DNA from: Candidatus Micrarchaeota archaeon
Lineage (GTDB): Archaea; Micrarchaeota; Micrarchaeia; Anstonellales; Bilamarchaeaceae
NCBI GenBank assembly: GCA_040754495.1
Contig: JBFMCO010000041.1
Location: forward strand, 1-54,616
Reading direction: 5' to 3'
Length of the DNA stretch: 54,616 nt
The notes beneath the pieces are model-generated. The model had not been told where the DNA came from and did not search any database. It worked only from the letters and a program-made list of their open reading frames with translations. Positions within the stretch are counted from its first letter, which is position 1, and each line of letters starts with the position of its first letter. Shown piece by piece: positions 27,945-38,392 of this stretch. Made by a program: the position numbers and the translations under genes.

Positions 27945-28400
27945 TCAGCAGTCCAGCGACGCGAGGCGGGCCCCGGTCCTGACATCCCCGTCTCCATGCG
28001 TTTCGAGGGCCGCAAGGCCTGCCGTATCGCCCCTGGCCCGGCAGTGGTGGCATAGTGCATAGGCGCAGGCGACCCTGACCTCTGCCTCGGGCCTCGCGAG
28101 GCCGTCATTCAGCATCCCCTCCGCAACGGAAATGTCGCAGCCTTTGGCCGCAGCATGGCCGAGCGTCCATGCCGCCTTTGATGCCACCTGCGGGCAGTGG
28201 TCCGCTATCAGGCCCGAAAAAGCCAGCGGCTTCTCTGCTTCCCGGAGGAGGAGCGCAGTGGCCTCAAGGACTCCCATCGGCCGCTCCATCATCCGCCTCA
28301 CCCTCCGCTCATCGTTGTCGCGGAGGCAGGCTTCGATAGGCTCGGCACTAAAAGCCCTTTTCCCGCGGAGGTCCTCCGGCGCGCATTTGCAAGCCCTCAT
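27945..28400 (-). CDS. Short HEAT-repeat protein related to 10964..12940
   Basis: AAWTLGHAAAKGCDISVAEGML...EVRVACAYAL matches the repeat unit of the large HEAT protein. Confidence 0.7.
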   Translation of the reverse strand: MRACKCAPEDLRGKRAFSAEPIEACLRDNDERRVRRMMERPMGVLEATALLLREAEKPLAFSGLIADHCPQVASKAAWTLGHAAAKGCDISVAEGMLNDGLARPEAEVRVACAYALCHHCRARGDTAGLAALETHGDGDVRTGARLASLDC

Positions 28401-28482
28401 CAGATGCTTATTGCGCCGCTTGATTTATAATCCTCCATCATTTTGTTAATCTTTTTATAACCTATCCACGATAATCCAGCAC

Positions 28483-29637
28483 ATGGGCAGGTCATTATTC
28501 GTTCTTAACTCCGGGAAGGGGCCGGCGCTGCGCGCGCAGTTCCGGAAGCTCAGGGACGACCTTGCCGGCCTCGGCCCTGCCGCGGACGGGCCCTTCAGGG
28601 ACTCAGGGAACGCTGTAGCAGAGCTTTCGGAGCATGTGCGCGTGCGGATGCAGAAGGGATGCCACCTGCATCCCGTAGGGGCCGCCCTGACGACTCTTGC
28701 GCCGCAGAATCTTCCGCTGACCGAATCATCGTGGCTGGAGGTCCCTTTCATGCTGAGCCAGAACCCGGCCATCCACTGCGATTCCGCCGGGGCGGTGGCC
28801 TCCGCTGAGCCTGTCCGGCTCAAAGACCAGCAGGTCCGGGCGGTGGACCTGGAGGGCATCACCCTCCTCGGGGCCGCAGTCCTGCGCAGGATGGGTACGC
28901 CCGCTTTCTACGGGTACCTCCACTTCGACGAGCGCAGCCCCGGCTTCGTCCTCTCCAGGGCGCTCAGCGCCATGTCGGGCATGCCCCTCATCCAGCCATT
29001 CACCCCGTGCCTGGCGGTCCCCAACCGGGAGATGGAGCTTTACAGCCTGATTCCGCCGTTCGTGTTCTCGCTCCGCGACCACCGGAGCATCACCCATCTC
29101 GAGGTGCTGGACGATGCCGCCCTGCTCTTCGTGCTCCGCACCAAGACCGTTTATCTGGATTCCGCGTCCCTGATGCGGGACGTTTCCGCTAAGGCGCATG
29201 CATTCACGCATGCCGAAGCGCGCATCCGCGCCATCAGCATAGGGCATGCCGCGTACGGGTGCGGCGCGCTCTGGACCGAGGACGAGCTGGAGCGGGACCA
29301 GGCCGCCGTCGCGGCCATGCTCGGAAAAAGCGGCGCGGAGGGCCCCCGGAGCGTGCGCTCGGCATACGACGCCCTCATGCTCCACCGGCTCAGCTGTCCC
29401 CTGCACCACCGCGTCATGGCCGCAGAGGCGCTCCTTTGCGCAAGGGCAAAATCGGAGCTCGGCATTGGCCTCCGGGAGGTGTCCGACATGTCGCCCGGGC
29501 GCTTCTATGCCGCCCTCTCATCGCTCCGCGGGCACCCCTGCCTGGAAAAGCTGAACGATTACATGGGGCACGCCGGCACGATGGAGATGCACCTCCACGA
29601 CATTTCCGGATGCCCTGGCTGGAAAGGCTTCAACTAG
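28483..29637 (+). CDS. Hypothetical protein (384 aa)
   Basis: Long ORF divergent from the short HEAT gene. A weak transglutaminase-like segment (DLEG..LLGAAVLRRMGTPA) lacks the catalytic Cys. Confidence 0.6.
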   Translation: MGRSLFVLNSGKGPALRAQFRKLRDDLAGLGPAADGPFRDSGNAVAELSEHVRVRMQKGCHLHPVGAALTTLAPQNLPLTESSWLEVPFMLSQNPAIHCDSAGAVASAEPVRLKDQQVRAVDLEGITLLGAAVLRRMGTPAFYGYLHFDERSPGFVLSRALSAMSGMPLIQPFTPCLAVPNREMELYSLIPPFVFSLRDHRSITHLEVLDDAALLFVLRTKTVYLDSASLMRDVSAKAHAFTHAEARIRAISIGHAAYGCGALWTEDELERDQAAVAAMLGKSGAEGPRSVRSAYDALMLHRLSCPLHHRVMAAEALLCARAKSELGIGLREVSDMSPGRFYAALSSLRGHPCLEKLNDYMGHAGTMEMHLHDISGCPGWKGFN

Positions 29638-30280
29638 CCCTCTTTTCCTTCTCCAGCTTCCTCTTGATGGTCTTGAGGCTGACGAAGGAGTCCCTTTCCA
29701 TCTCCTCGAGCCGGAACGCAATCATCTTCTGCTGCTCCTCCAGCCTGGGTATGAGGACGAACTCGAGCGCGTTCACGCGCCTCTTGGTCTTCTCTATCTC
29801 GATGATGAGCCTTTTCATGGCCGTCTCGGTCTCGGCCAGCTTTATCACCATGGCCAGAATCTCGTTGAAATCCTCGACGGCCTGGTCTATCTTGGCGCTC
29901 GTCCCTGCCACCGAATAGGTCGGCAGCGTCAAAAAGTGCCTGCTCTCCATCTGCGTGGTGATGTTCGGAATCTTCACGCCCATGACATTGCGGACCTCGA
30001 TGTCTATGTCTATTTCCTTCCGCAGGTCCAGCGACACCTTCGTGAGCTCCTGCATGTTGTGGTACGTCTCGGCAAGCGCGAGGGAGCGGTATCCGAGCGC
30101 CATCTTCTTCGCCAATTGGCCGCGGAGGTCCTGCGCCTTCTTCAGTATCTTGAAGAACTCGAGGATGAGGGCGTCCCTCTTCTGCTTCAGGAGCTTGTGC
30201 CCCTTGCCAGCGAGCTTGATGCGCTCCTTGGTCTTGATGAGCTCCATCCTCGTGGGATTTACGTCAGTCGCTCCAGCCAT
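29630..30280 (-). CDS. atpD: A/V-type ATP synthase subunit D
   Basis: NPTRMEL, GHKLLKQKRDAL, RNVMGV and KTKRRVNALE motifs. Confidence 0.98.
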   Translation of the reverse strand: MAGATDVNPTRMELIKTKERIKLAGKGHKLLKQKRDALILEFFKILKKAQDLRGQLAKKMALGYRSLALAETYHNMQELTKVSLDLRKEIDIDIEVRNVMGVKIPNITTQMESRHFLTLPTYSVAGTSAKIDQAVEDFNEILAMVIKLAETETAMKRLIIEIEKTKRRVNALEFVLIPRLEEQQKMIAFRLEEMERDSFVSLKTIKRKLEKEKRAS

Positions 30281-30297
30281 GTCGGTTTCACCATAGT

Positions 30298-30358
30298 TGT
30301 TTCCGGCCTCCTGTTTCCAGCCCCCGGTTTCAAAACCGGGAACGGGAAACTGGAAACC
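30298..30358. repeat. Intergenic heptamer arrays in both orientations (copy 3), between atpB and atpD
   Basis: Minus strand: CCGGGGG CTGGAAA CAGGAGG CCGGAAA. Plus strand: CCGGGAA CGGGAAA CTGGAAA. Confidence 0.75.
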
Positions 30359-30365
30359 ATCCCAT

Positions 30366-31745
30366 TCAAACCGCAAGTTTCTTCTTCATGTATTTCGGTA
30401 TGTGCTCCCTCTTCACCCTCTTGAGCTCCTCCTCGGGCAGTATCGAGAGCAGCTCCCAGCCCAGGTCCAGCGTCGTCTCGATGTCGCGGTTCTCGTAGGG
30501 CCCCTGCTGGACGAACCTCTTCTCGAACTCGTCCGCCAGCCTCAAGAAGCGCCTGTCCGTCGCGGAAAGCGCCTCCTCTCCGACGACCGCGCTCAGGCTG
30601 CGCAGATCCCTGCCGTTCGCGTACGCCGCGTAAAGCTGGTCCGAGACGCCCTTGTGGTCCTCCCTCGTCTTCTTGTCCCCTATCCCTGAGTTCATGAGCC
30701 TGGAAAGAGACGGGAGCGGGTCCACGGGCGGGTAGATGTTCTTCCTGTGCAGGTCCCTTGAGAGCAGTATCTGGCCCTCCGTGATGTAGCCCGTGAGGTC
30801 CGGAATCGGGTGCGTCTTGTCGTCGCCGGGCATCGTGAGCACCGGAATCTGCGTCACCGAGCCCGTGCTCCCCTTCACGCGGCCCGCCCTCTCGTATATC
30901 ATGGAGAGGTCCGTGTACATGTAGCCCGGGTAGCCGCGCCGCCCCGGCACCTCCTGCCTTGCAGACGAAATCTCGCGCAGGGCTTCGCAGTAGTTGGTCA
31001 TGTCCGTGATGAGGGTGAGGACGTGCATGCCCTGCTCGTATGCCAGGTATTCGGCCGTAGTCAGCGCGAGCCTGGGCGTGATGATTCGCTCGACCGACGG
31101 GTCGTCTGCGAGGTTCAGGAAGAGCACCGCGTTCTCGAGGGCGCCCGTCTTCTCGAAGTCCCTCATGAAATACGAGGCCTCCTCGTGCGTGATGCCGATT
31201 GCCGCGAACACGACTGCGAACTTCTCGCCCGTGCCGCGCACCTTCGCCTGCCTCGCTATCTGGACCGTGAGCTGGTTGTGGGGCAGGCCCGCGCCCGAGA
31301 ATATGGGCAGCTTCTGGCCACGGACAAGCGTGTTCATGGCATCCACCGTCGAGATGCCGGTCTGGATGAATTCGTTCGGCATCTCGCGCGAATACGGGTT
31401 GATGGGAAGGCCCGTGATGTCCACCCTCTCCTTCGGGATGACCCTTGGCCCCTTGTCCCTCGGCTCGCCGAGGCCCGTGAATACGCGGCCAAGCATCTCC
31501 GTCGTGAGCCCGAGCCTCATCGTCTCGCCAAGGAACCTTACCGTCGTCTGGTCGGTGCTGATGCCCGCGGTCGGGCCGAACACCTGGACCACGGCCATGT
31601 TCTTGCTCACATCCAGCACCTGGCCCTTGCGCCTCTCCCCGCTCGGGAGCATGATTTCGACCATCTCGTTGTATCCCACGCCGCTTACGTCCGATACGAA
31701 GACAAGCGGGCCCGCTATCTCAGTGATCGTCCTGTATTCTTTCAT
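30366..31745 (-). CDS. atpB: A/V-type ATP synthase subunit B
   Basis: [26 protein letters not shown] and [15 protein letters not shown]. No intein. Confidence 0.99.
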   Translation of the reverse strand: MKEYRTITEIAGPLVFVSDVSGVGYNEMVEIMLPSGERRKGQVLDVSKNMAVVQVFGPTAGISTDQTTVRFLGETMRLGLTTEMLGRVFTGLGEPRDKGPRVIPKERVDITGLPINPYSREMPNEFIQTGISTVDAMNTLVRGQKLPIFSGAGLPHNQLTVQIARQAKVRGTGEKFAVVFAAIGITHEEASYFMRDFEKTGALENAVLFLNLADDPSVERIITPRLALTTAEYLAYEQGMHVLTLITDMTNYCEALREISSARQEVPGRRGYPGYMYTDLSMIYERAGRVKGSTGSVTQIPVLTMPGDDKTHPIPDLTGYITEGQILLSRDLHRKNIYPPVDPLPSLSRLMNSGIGDKKTREDHKGVSDQLYAAYANGRDLRSLSAVVGEEALSATDRRFLRLADEFEKRFVQQGPYENRDIETTLDLGWELLSILPEEELKRVKREHIPKYMKKKLAV

Positions 31746-31750
31746 CGGAA

Positions 31751-33505
31751 TCACCTCTTGAGGAGCTCGTCGAAGCCGGAATCGATGTCCTTCTGGAGCC
31801 TCTCGAACTCCTTATCGTCCTTGATTTCCTTCATCCTGCCGATTGCGCCCCTGACTTTGAGCTCCATTATCCTCTTGAGCTGGACCCCGAGGTCGAGCGC
31901 TCCGTTGGTCCTCTCGTTGAACTTCATGATGGTTCTCAGCATCTGGTACTGCTTCTTCAGCTCGCAGCGGGCGTCCAGGTCGCTGTACGCGTTCTGCTGG
32001 AGGTAGTCCTCCCTGATCATCCTCGTGACCATGAGCACGGCCTGCTCCTTCTCCGGAAGGGCGTCAGGCCCGACGAGCTGGACGACCTCCTGCAGCTCTG
32101 CCTCCTTCTGCAGCAGAACCATCGAGTGCTTTATCATCCTCGTGAAGTCGCTCGATATCTTCTCCCCGTACCATTCCTCGAGGCCGTCGGAATAGAGCGT
32201 GTAGCTTTTCAGCCAGTTTATTGCCGGGAAGTGCCTCCGATAAGCGAGCGACGCGTCGAGGGCGAGGAACACCTTGGTGACGCGCAGCGTGTTCTGCGAC
32301 ACCGGTTCTGAAATGTCTCCGCCGGGCGGGGAAACTGCGCCGATGATGGAAACCGAGCCGTACCTCTCGTCCGTGGCGAGGCAGCGCACGCGGCCTGCCC
32401 TCTCGTAGAACTCTGCAAGCCTCCTGGCAAGGTATGCCGGATACCCCTCCTCGCCGGGCATCTCCTCCAGCCTTCCGCCGATTTCGCGCATGGCTTCTGC
32501 CCATCTCGAGGTCGAGTCCGCCATCAGCGCGACATCATATCCCATGTCCCTGAAATACTCGGCAATCGTCACGCCCGTGTATATGCTCGCCTCGCGGGCG
32601 GCTACCGGCATGTTGGACGTGTTCGCTATCAGCACCGTCCTCTGCATGAGCGGCTTGCCGCTCTTGGGGTCTATCAGGTGCGGGAATTCGGTGAGCACGT
32701 CGGTCATCTCGTTGCCGCGCTCCCCGCATCCGATGTAAACGACTATCTGGGTGTCGGAATACTTCGCGAGGCTCTGCTGCGTGACCGTCTTTCCGGAGCC
32801 GAACGGGCCCGGGATGCAGGCCGTCCCTCCCTTCGCTATCGGGAAGAACGTGTCGATTACGCGCTGGCCGGTGATGAGCGGTATCGTGGGCGGGAACTTC
32901 TCTATGACCGGCCTGGACTTCCTCACGAACCACCTCTGCATCAGCTTCAGCGGGTATCTCTTCCCCTCGAAAGACAGGGAGCCTACGTCCTCCTCGACCG
33001 TGTATGCGCCGGATTTTATGGCTTCTATCCTGCCCTCGTAGGGGGACATGATGCGGTGCTCGATTAGCTCGGTCTCCTGGACGGTCCCGATGACGTCGCC
33101 GACCTTGACCTTGTCCCCTTTCTTGACCGTGGCCTTGAAATCCCACTTCCTCTCCCGGCTGATGGCCGGCACCTCGATGCCCCTCGTTATGAATACGCCG
33201 CCCGCTTTCTCTTCTATGACCTTGAGAGGCCTCTGGATGCCGTCGTAGATGCTGGTGAGTATGCCTGGCCCGAGCTCGACCGAAAGGGGCTGGCCGGTGG
33301 ATGCTACCGGCTCACCCGGCCGGAGGCCTGATGTGTCCTCGTACACCTGGATGACTGAAGTGGTGCCGGTTATCTTGATTATCTCCCCGAGGAGCCTGGA
33401 CTCCCCGACCTTCACGACGTCGTACAGCCTCGCGCCGGGCAAGTAGGCGTTCACGACCGGGCCGCTTATCCTTTCAATGTGACCTTCTTCCTTTGCCATC
33501 TCCAT
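31751..33505 (-). CDS. atpA: A/V-type ATP synthase subunit A
   Basis: P-loop [25 protein letters not shown] and [10 protein letters not shown]. No intein. Confidence 0.99.
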   Translation of the reverse strand: MEMAKEEGHIERISGPVVNAYLPGARLYDVVKVGESRLLGEIIKITGTTSVIQVYEDTSGLRPGEPVASTGQPLSVELGPGILTSIYDGIQRPLKVIEEKAGGVFITRGIEVPAISRERKWDFKATVKKGDKVKVGDVIGTVQETELIEHRIMSPYEGRIEAIKSGAYTVEEDVGSLSFEGKRYPLKLMQRWFVRKSRPVIEKFPPTIPLITGQRVIDTFFPIAKGGTACIPGPFGSGKTVTQQSLAKYSDTQIVVYIGCGERGNEMTDVLTEFPHLIDPKSGKPLMQRTVLIANTSNMPVAAREASIYTGVTIAEYFRDMGYDVALMADSTSRWAEAMREIGGRLEEMPGEEGYPAYLARRLAEFYERAGRVRCLATDERYGSVSIIGAVSPPGGDISEPVSQNTLRVTKVFLALDASLAYRRHFPAINWLKSYTLYSDGLEEWYGEKISSDFTRMIKHSMVLLQKEAELQEVVQLVGPDALPEKEQAVLMVTRMIREDYLQQNAYSDLDARCELKKQYQMLRTIMKFNERTNGALDLGVQLKRIMELKVRGAIGRMKEIKDDKEFERLQKDIDSGFDELLKR

Positions 33506-33542
33506 CTTCCTCCATAAGTGTTTTGTGTTCCGGGTCCTGCGT

Positions 33543-33866
33543 TTATTTCTTGGCGCCCAGGTCGAACCCCAGCGCCCTCTTGATGAGCGTCCTTATCTCG
33601 TCGCCCTCCGCGCTCTTGCCGGTATAGTCCGGCATCGGGATTATCACCGGATAGGCGATGGTATCGAGCTTCTTCTTGAGCCTCCAGTCCATCTTTCCGA
33701 GCATGTTCTCGTTCGTGATGATTATGCCCCATGTCTTATCCGCAAGGGCCTTCTCCAGCTCCTGCTGTATGGTCTTCTCGTCCGCCTGCACGGCATTCTC
33801 TATGCCGGCAAGCTGGAAGCCCATGACAAGGGGCGCGTCTCCGATGACTAAAATCTTCGACTTCAT
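33543..33866 (-). CDS. atpF: A/V-type ATP synthase subunit F
   Basis: [14 protein letters not shown] and IKRALGFDL, plus operon position. Confidence 0.95.
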   Translation of the reverse strand: MKSKILVIGDAPLVMGFQLAGIENAVQADEKTIQQELEKALADKTWGIIITNENMLGKMDWRLKKKLDTIAYPVIIPMPDYTGKSAEGDEIRTLIKRALGFDLGAKK

Positions 33867-33881
33867 ATCCACAACCCAGAT

Positions 33882-33907
33882 GGTTTCCAGTTTTGGGTCT
33901 CCAGTTC
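33882..33907 (-). repeat. Intergenic heptamer array, copy 4
   Basis: The minus strand reads GAA CTGGAGA CCCAAAA CTGGAAA CC. Confidence 0.7.
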
Positions 33908-33912
33908 TGCTA

Positions 33913-35025
33913 TCATACCACTACCAGCATCTCCATTACTTCCGCCTCGGGAATCCTGAACTCCTTGCCCTTGGCGATTTTCCTGAGGTTGTTCAGCTCC
34001 TCCTCCTTCAGAAGGAGGAAGCCTATTATCACGCCGATTGACAGCATGGCCCTGTGGAAGGAAAGCACCTTCTGGGCAGCAATCGACTTCTCGAACGCTA
34101 TCTCAAGGTCCGCAAGGCCCGTGCCTCTCAGCTCCAGCTTCTGGAACTTCGGCCGCGCAAGCGCGGCCACGGCCTGCAGGTCCTTGGCGTCGATTATCCT
34201 GCCGATAAGCGAATCGGGCAGCGTCCCTCCGCGGATGAGGCTGCCGGTTATCTTCTCCCTCGGCACGCTGTGCCTTTTCAGCCTCTCTACTATCATTATG
34301 TTCTTCGCGTCTATCTCGCGCCGGAGGATTTCCCTGATGGACGCCGCCTCCTTGCCGCCGATTGCCGCGAGCGCCTCGTCCATGAACACATAGATGTAGG
34401 CGTCTATCACGGCCTCCATCTGCATGAACGTATCGAGGCTCCGGAGCGCGTTCGTGAACGTCTCCTTCATCTGCCGGTTCAGCTGGCCGGTGCCCATCAT
34501 CAGCATCTTCTGGCCGATGTCCGTCCTGCGCAGCTCCCGGGTAAGGCTGCCCTCGTCCGCTTTCATGATGCGCCTGAAGTCGTCCTCGCTGAGGCCCCCG
34601 ACCTCGAAAAGGTAGGGCCGCACGTCATCGTAGGATTTTTTCGCCCTCTTGGCGTGCATCAGCGTCTTCAGGTTGAGGAGGTCGTACCGGATCAGCAGCG
34701 CCTGGAGCGCGCCGCGGTCGCTTTTCGGGGTTATGCGGATGAGCTTCCTGACCGTCCTCGAGAAGTTCTTCGAGGCCGCGGTCTCTATGAGTGCCGAGCC
34801 CCCATAGCTCACCGAAGCGCCGGACAGGTCCGCCTTGTAGCCCGTCCTCTGGAGGAGCTCGACCATGGACTCTATCGTGCCGACGCGTATCATCTCGTCC
34901 AGGAACCCGCTTTTCAGCAGGAGGCCTTTCATGGCCTTGACCCTGGCGTTAGAGTAGCCGTATTTGAGGGCGCGGCTCTCCAGCTTGGGCAGCGCCGCCG
35001 CAACGCCTTTCATATAGCCCAGCAT
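33913..35025 (-). CDS. atpC: A/V-type ATP synthase subunit C
   Basis: YGYSNARVKAM, RYDLLNLK and KEEELNNLRKIAKG, plus operon position. Confidence 0.95.
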   Translation of the reverse strand: MLGYMKGVAAALPKLESRALKYGYSNARVKAMKGLLLKSGFLDEMIRVGTIESMVELLQRTGYKADLSGASVSYGGSALIETAASKNFSRTVRKLIRITPKSDRGALQALLIRYDLLNLKTLMHAKRAKKSYDDVRPYLFEVGGLSEDDFRRIMKADEGSLTRELRRTDIGQKMLMMGTGQLNRQMKETFTNALRSLDTFMQMEAVIDAYIYVFMDEALAAIGGKEAASIREILRREIDAKNIMIVERLKRHSVPREKITGSLIRGGTLPDSLIGRIIDAKDLQAVAALARPKFQKLELRGTGLADLEIAFEKSIAAQKVLSFHRAMLSIGVIIGFLLLKEEELNNLRKIAKGKEFRIPEAEVMEMLVVV

Positions 35026-35639
35026 CACACGCCTCCTGGCCCGGCCGGGCTCTGCTCTCCTTTCCTGCGGCCGGTCTTCTCGCCGAAAAGCCTCTCGTAT
35101 ATCTGCTTCCTTATGTCGTCCCTCCTGCTCTCGAAAAGGGTCTCCAGGGTGATGTCCACCCTTATCTTCCCGTCCGGGCTCTCCACTATCGCGCCCCCCA
35201 TGGAATCGAGGTCTTCCACGACTTTCGCCTTGAGCGGCCCGATGAGCGCCTTGTCGCCCTTCACGACGCGGATTGTCACGTCGCCGCCAAGCTCGGCCGC
35301 AGCGGCAGCCACCGCCTTCGAGAGGAACCTCTTGTACTCCGGCGTCTTCCTGACGCCCCTGAGCTCATCGAAGAATTCCTCCAGGACGCTCTTTATCGCG
35401 TCCTCCCTGGCTTCGGCTACAATGCGCTTGGACTCCAGCCTGGCCCAAGCTATGCGCTCGTTGCGCTGCTCCCCAAGGAGCCTCTCCACTTCAGCCTCGG
35501 CATCCTTCTTCATCTGCGCCCTGCGGGAGCGCTCCTCCTCGAGCATCCCCGCAACGTGCGCTTCTGCCGCCTGGACTATCTTCTGCGCGTCCTCGTTGGC
35601 TTCGGTGAGAAGCGAGCCTTTCAGCCTCTCTATTCCCAT
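35025..35639 (-). CDS. atpE: A/V-type ATP synthase subunit E
   Basis: MGIERLK, a coiled coil and GGAIVES..G.IRVD.T.E, plus operon position. Confidence 0.94.
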   Translation of the reverse strand: MGIERLKGSLLTEANEDAQKIVQAAEAHVAGMLEEERSRRAQMKKDAEAEVERLLGEQRNERIAWARLESKRIVAEAREDAIKSVLEEFFDELRGVRKTPEYKRFLSKAVAAAAAELGGDVTIRVVKGDKALIGPLKAKVVEDLDSMGGAIVESPDGKIRVDITLETLFESRRDDIRKQIYERLFGEKTGRRKGEQSPAGPGGV

Positions 35640-35719
35640 GTCAGCACCCTGGCAGTCTCCGTCACCCGGCCACCCGCCGTTGGTTCCGCGTTCAGTGTTT
35701 TACGTTTTGGAACCCTGGA

Positions 35720-35742
35720 CTGGAAACCGGAAACAGGAAACT
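35720..35742 (+). repeat. Intergenic heptamer array, copy 5
   Basis: CTGGAAA CCGGAAA CAGGAAA CT, abutting the atpK stop. Confidence 0.85.
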
Positions 35743-36000
35743 TTATGCCCCGCCGCCTATCTTAAGCCACAGGAGCACAGCCACCAGGAAGCCGAACACG
35801 GCCAGCACTTCGGGCAGCACGATATATATCAGGATGTTCTTCTCCAGCTCGGGCCTCTCGGCCACGGCGCCCATCGCTGACGAACCAAGCGTCCCCTGCG
35901 ACCAGGCCGCGCTCAGGGCGCTGAGTCCCATCGCGATGCCTGCACCGATGGCGAGTGCGCCCTCGGAAGTCAAAAACGATCCAGCTACTGCTTCTGCCAT
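35743..36000 (-). CDS. atpK: A/V-type ATP synthase proteolipid subunit K (single hairpin)
   Basis: Two TM helices, loop AERPE and the ion-binding Glu in LPEV. Confidence 0.96.
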   Translation of the reverse strand: MAEAVAGSFLTSEGALAIGAGIAMGLSALSAAWSQGTLGSSAMGAVAERPELEKNILIYIVLPEVLAVFGFLVAVLLWLKIGGGA

Positions 36001-36016
36001 TTCATTTCACCTCATC

Positions 36017-37930
36017 TCATAACTTTCTCGAATACAGGGAGAAGGGGATGAATACGTCCCCTCCGCCATGCATGAACTTCGAGCGGAACTCAACTATGTT
36101 AAGACGGCCCCCCTGCACGAGCGATTCGAACATCGCGACGAAGCAGTTGAGCACATGGAGCACAAGGAAAACCGGGAGCAGGACGAGTGCCATGATGCCC
36201 TGCTCCGGAAGCGGCACTATGAACTCGTTGAGGAGCTCGGCTATGACTACGCCCACTATGCCGATTGCGGCGATACGGCTGTATGAAAGGATGTTGCCGA
36301 CCAGCCCGGGTATCTCTATGATGCCGAGCACGCCCTCGGTGGCCGCAAGCAGCACAACCGAGACGCCGAGCACCGCGACGCCAATCGGCGTCAGGCTGGT
36401 GTCTATCTTCCCAAGCTCCGGAAGCATTCCGGGCATGAACGGCAGGAGCGAAAGCAGCATGCCTACCTCCACTCCCAGCCATGCGATTTTGGCGAACGCG
36501 TGCTTCTTGTGGTGCCCCCACTCGTTTATGGCGCCGAATACGAATCCAAGCCCCAGGTGTATCATCCCGACCAGGGCACTCAGGCCGATGAGCGCGAGCA
36601 CGTTCTCAATCCTGTGGAATCCGCTGTATATCGGTTCGTGTATCAGCTCTGTGCCGAGCCATCTCCCGAGCAGCTCCAGCAGGTGCAAGTGCGACATGCC
36701 CCCCCACTCGTCGAACAGGACCCCGAAGATGATGGCCGGCACCGCGGAATACAGCCATATCCTGGACACGTTGCTCATGATATAGCTCTTCTCGAACTTC
36801 TTCATGAACCAGAGCGCCAGGCCGGCTGATACCACGCCGTATAATACGTCGCCCACTATCATCCCGTATATTATGGGGAGCGCGAAGAAATACGCGAGCG
36901 TCGGGTCCAGCTCGAAGTAGTTCGGGAGCGAGTAATTCTTCGTGATGAATTCCATCGGGCCCACGATTTTGGGGTTGTCGAGCACGGTCGGCGGAGTCTC
37001 GTGGTGTGTGAACTCGACCTCCTCGAGCAGGGCGTCATTGTATTTCCCGATGATTTTGCCGAGCGCGTCCATCTGCTCGTCCAGCACCCAGCCCTCGACG
37101 ACATATGCGCGCTTGGATGATGCGAACCTCTCCGCCACTTCTGCCCTCTCGCCTTCCACTTCCAGCGAGAGTATGAGCGTCCTGACCTTCCTTATATTCT
37201 CCTTCGAGACGTCCGCCATCTCCTTCCTCATCCCCCTGAGGCTGGCCTTGAGGGCCTCGTTCTCGGAGTTTATCCTGTTCATGTGCTCCATCGGCGTCGT
37301 AATGCCTGATGGCAGCTCGATGTCGCTGAACCCGGACTCCGAGAGCAGCGCGTCCACCGCGGTCTGGCTCTTCCGGTCGTATATGACAAGCGCCACGCTG
37401 AAGCCGCTCTCGGCTACCAGCGTGTTGTGGCCGGCCGCCTTCTCCAGGCTCTCCCTCAGCTTCCCGAGCTTGGCCGGGCTTATCTCCCCGACCCGGTAAT
37501 CCAGCGAGCGGGTGCGGAGCCTGCTGAAATCGACGTTCTTGAACTGCAGGACCTTCTCGACAATAAGCGACTCGGCCTCGAGGGCCTTCTCGCGCTCGAG
37601 GAGCGCCATGCACTCCCGGTTCAGCCTCATGAGGCGCTCGCCCGAATCGAGCGCGCGCGACTCGGCGAGGGCCTTGCGGCCCTCCATGTGCCCGACCGCC
37701 GTGCCTTCTTTCCCTATGACGGATTCCATCAGGGACAGCACCGTGCGCAGCCTGAGAAGCTCGGCCGAGAGCTCCTCGAAAGACGCCAGCGGCCTGCCCT
37801 CCTCCAGGCCCTCGTGCCTGGTCTTCCTGATATCGACAAGCCCGGCTTCGTGCAGGTCCTTCACAAGGTCGCCGACGTGGGACTTCAGTACGATTAGCCT
37901 GACCTTCCTCATCTTTTTGGGCCTTAACAT
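36017..37930 (-). CDS. atpI: A/V-type ATP synthase subunit I
   Basis: MLRPKKM, ELDPT, GMIVGDVLYG, the essential Arg in LSYSRI, and GRLNIVEFRSKF. Confidence 0.97.
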   Translation of the reverse strand: MLRPKKMRKVRLIVLKSHVGDLVKDLHEAGLVDIRKTRHEGLEEGRPLASFEELSAELLRLRTVLSLMESVIGKEGTAVGHMEGRKALAESRALDSGERLMRLNRECMALLEREKALEAESLIVEKVLQFKNVDFSRLRTRSLDYRVGEISPAKLGKLRESLEKAAGHNTLVAESGFSVALVIYDRKSQTAVDALLSESGFSDIELPSGITTPMEHMNRINSENEALKASLRGMRKEMADVSKENIRKVRTLILSLEVEGERAEVAERFASSKRAYVVEGWVLDEQMDALGKIIGKYNDALLEEVEFTHHETPPTVLDNPKIVGPMEFITKNYSLPNYFELDPTLAYFFALPIIYGMIVGDVLYGVVSAGLALWFMKKFEKSYIMSNVSRIWLYSAVPAIIFGVLFDEWGGMSHLHLLELLGRWLGTELIHEPIYSGFHRIENVLALIGLSALVGMIHLGLGFVFGAINEWGHHKKHAFAKIAWLGVEVGMLLSLLPFMPGMLPELGKIDTSLTPIGVAVLGVSVVLLAATEGVLGIIEIPGLVGNILSYSRIAAIGIVGVVIAELLNEFIVPLPEQGIMALVLLPVFLVLHVLNCFVAMFESLVQGGRLNIVEFRSKFMHGGGDVFIPFSLYSRKL

Positions 37931-37940
37931 TCGAATACCC

Positions 37941-38276
37941 TTACAGGCTGCCAAGGAACTCCTTCAGGAGCCTGGATACCGCCGACGCTTCCGGCTTCTT
38001 CTTGCCGACCCTGGCGCCCTCATCCTTGGCCTTGGCCACGATGCTCTCGACCTCGGCCTCGATGTCCTTGCTGCCTTTGCGGAGGCGCTCGTTCCTGTAT
38101 CCTACGAGCTCCTCCTCGCCTTTCATGCGCGCCTCGAGGGTTTTCTCCTTGGCTTCGCGCATGGTTTTGTCAGCCTTCTCCTTGGCTGCGTTAATAAGAC
38201 GGTCGTACTCCTCCTCCGCCTCCCTTATCTCCTTAATCGTCTTCATGAACTCTGGGTGCTCGGAAGTTTGATGCAT
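37941..38276 (-). CDS. atpH: A/V-type ATP synthase subunit H/G (peripheral stalk)
   Basis: Charged coiled coil (IKEIREAEEE...AKEKA) and first position in the operon. Confidence 0.88.
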   Translation of the reverse strand: MHQTSEHPEFMKTIKEIREAEEEYDRLINAAKEKADKTMREAKEKTLEARMKGEEELVGYRNERLRKGSKDIEAEVESIVAKAKDEGARVGKKKPEASAVSRLLKEFLGSL

Positions 38277-38392
38277 GCTGCCACCAAAACAAGTTGCACA
38301 TATATGAAAAAGAAAACTTTAAAAGGTTGTGCCAACGAATCTCTTCTGCCGTTTTCTATACGACAGGAAAAACGCACAGCGAGGATGATGGA

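Noticed and set aside
28830-28910. Transglutaminase-like call for 28483..29637
   Set aside because: The resemblance is short and the catalytic Cys position is Leu, so the gene is left as hypothetical.
30366-33505. Inteins in ATP synthase A/B
   Set aside because: Lengths are normal and conserved motifs are contiguous, with no intein splice motifs.
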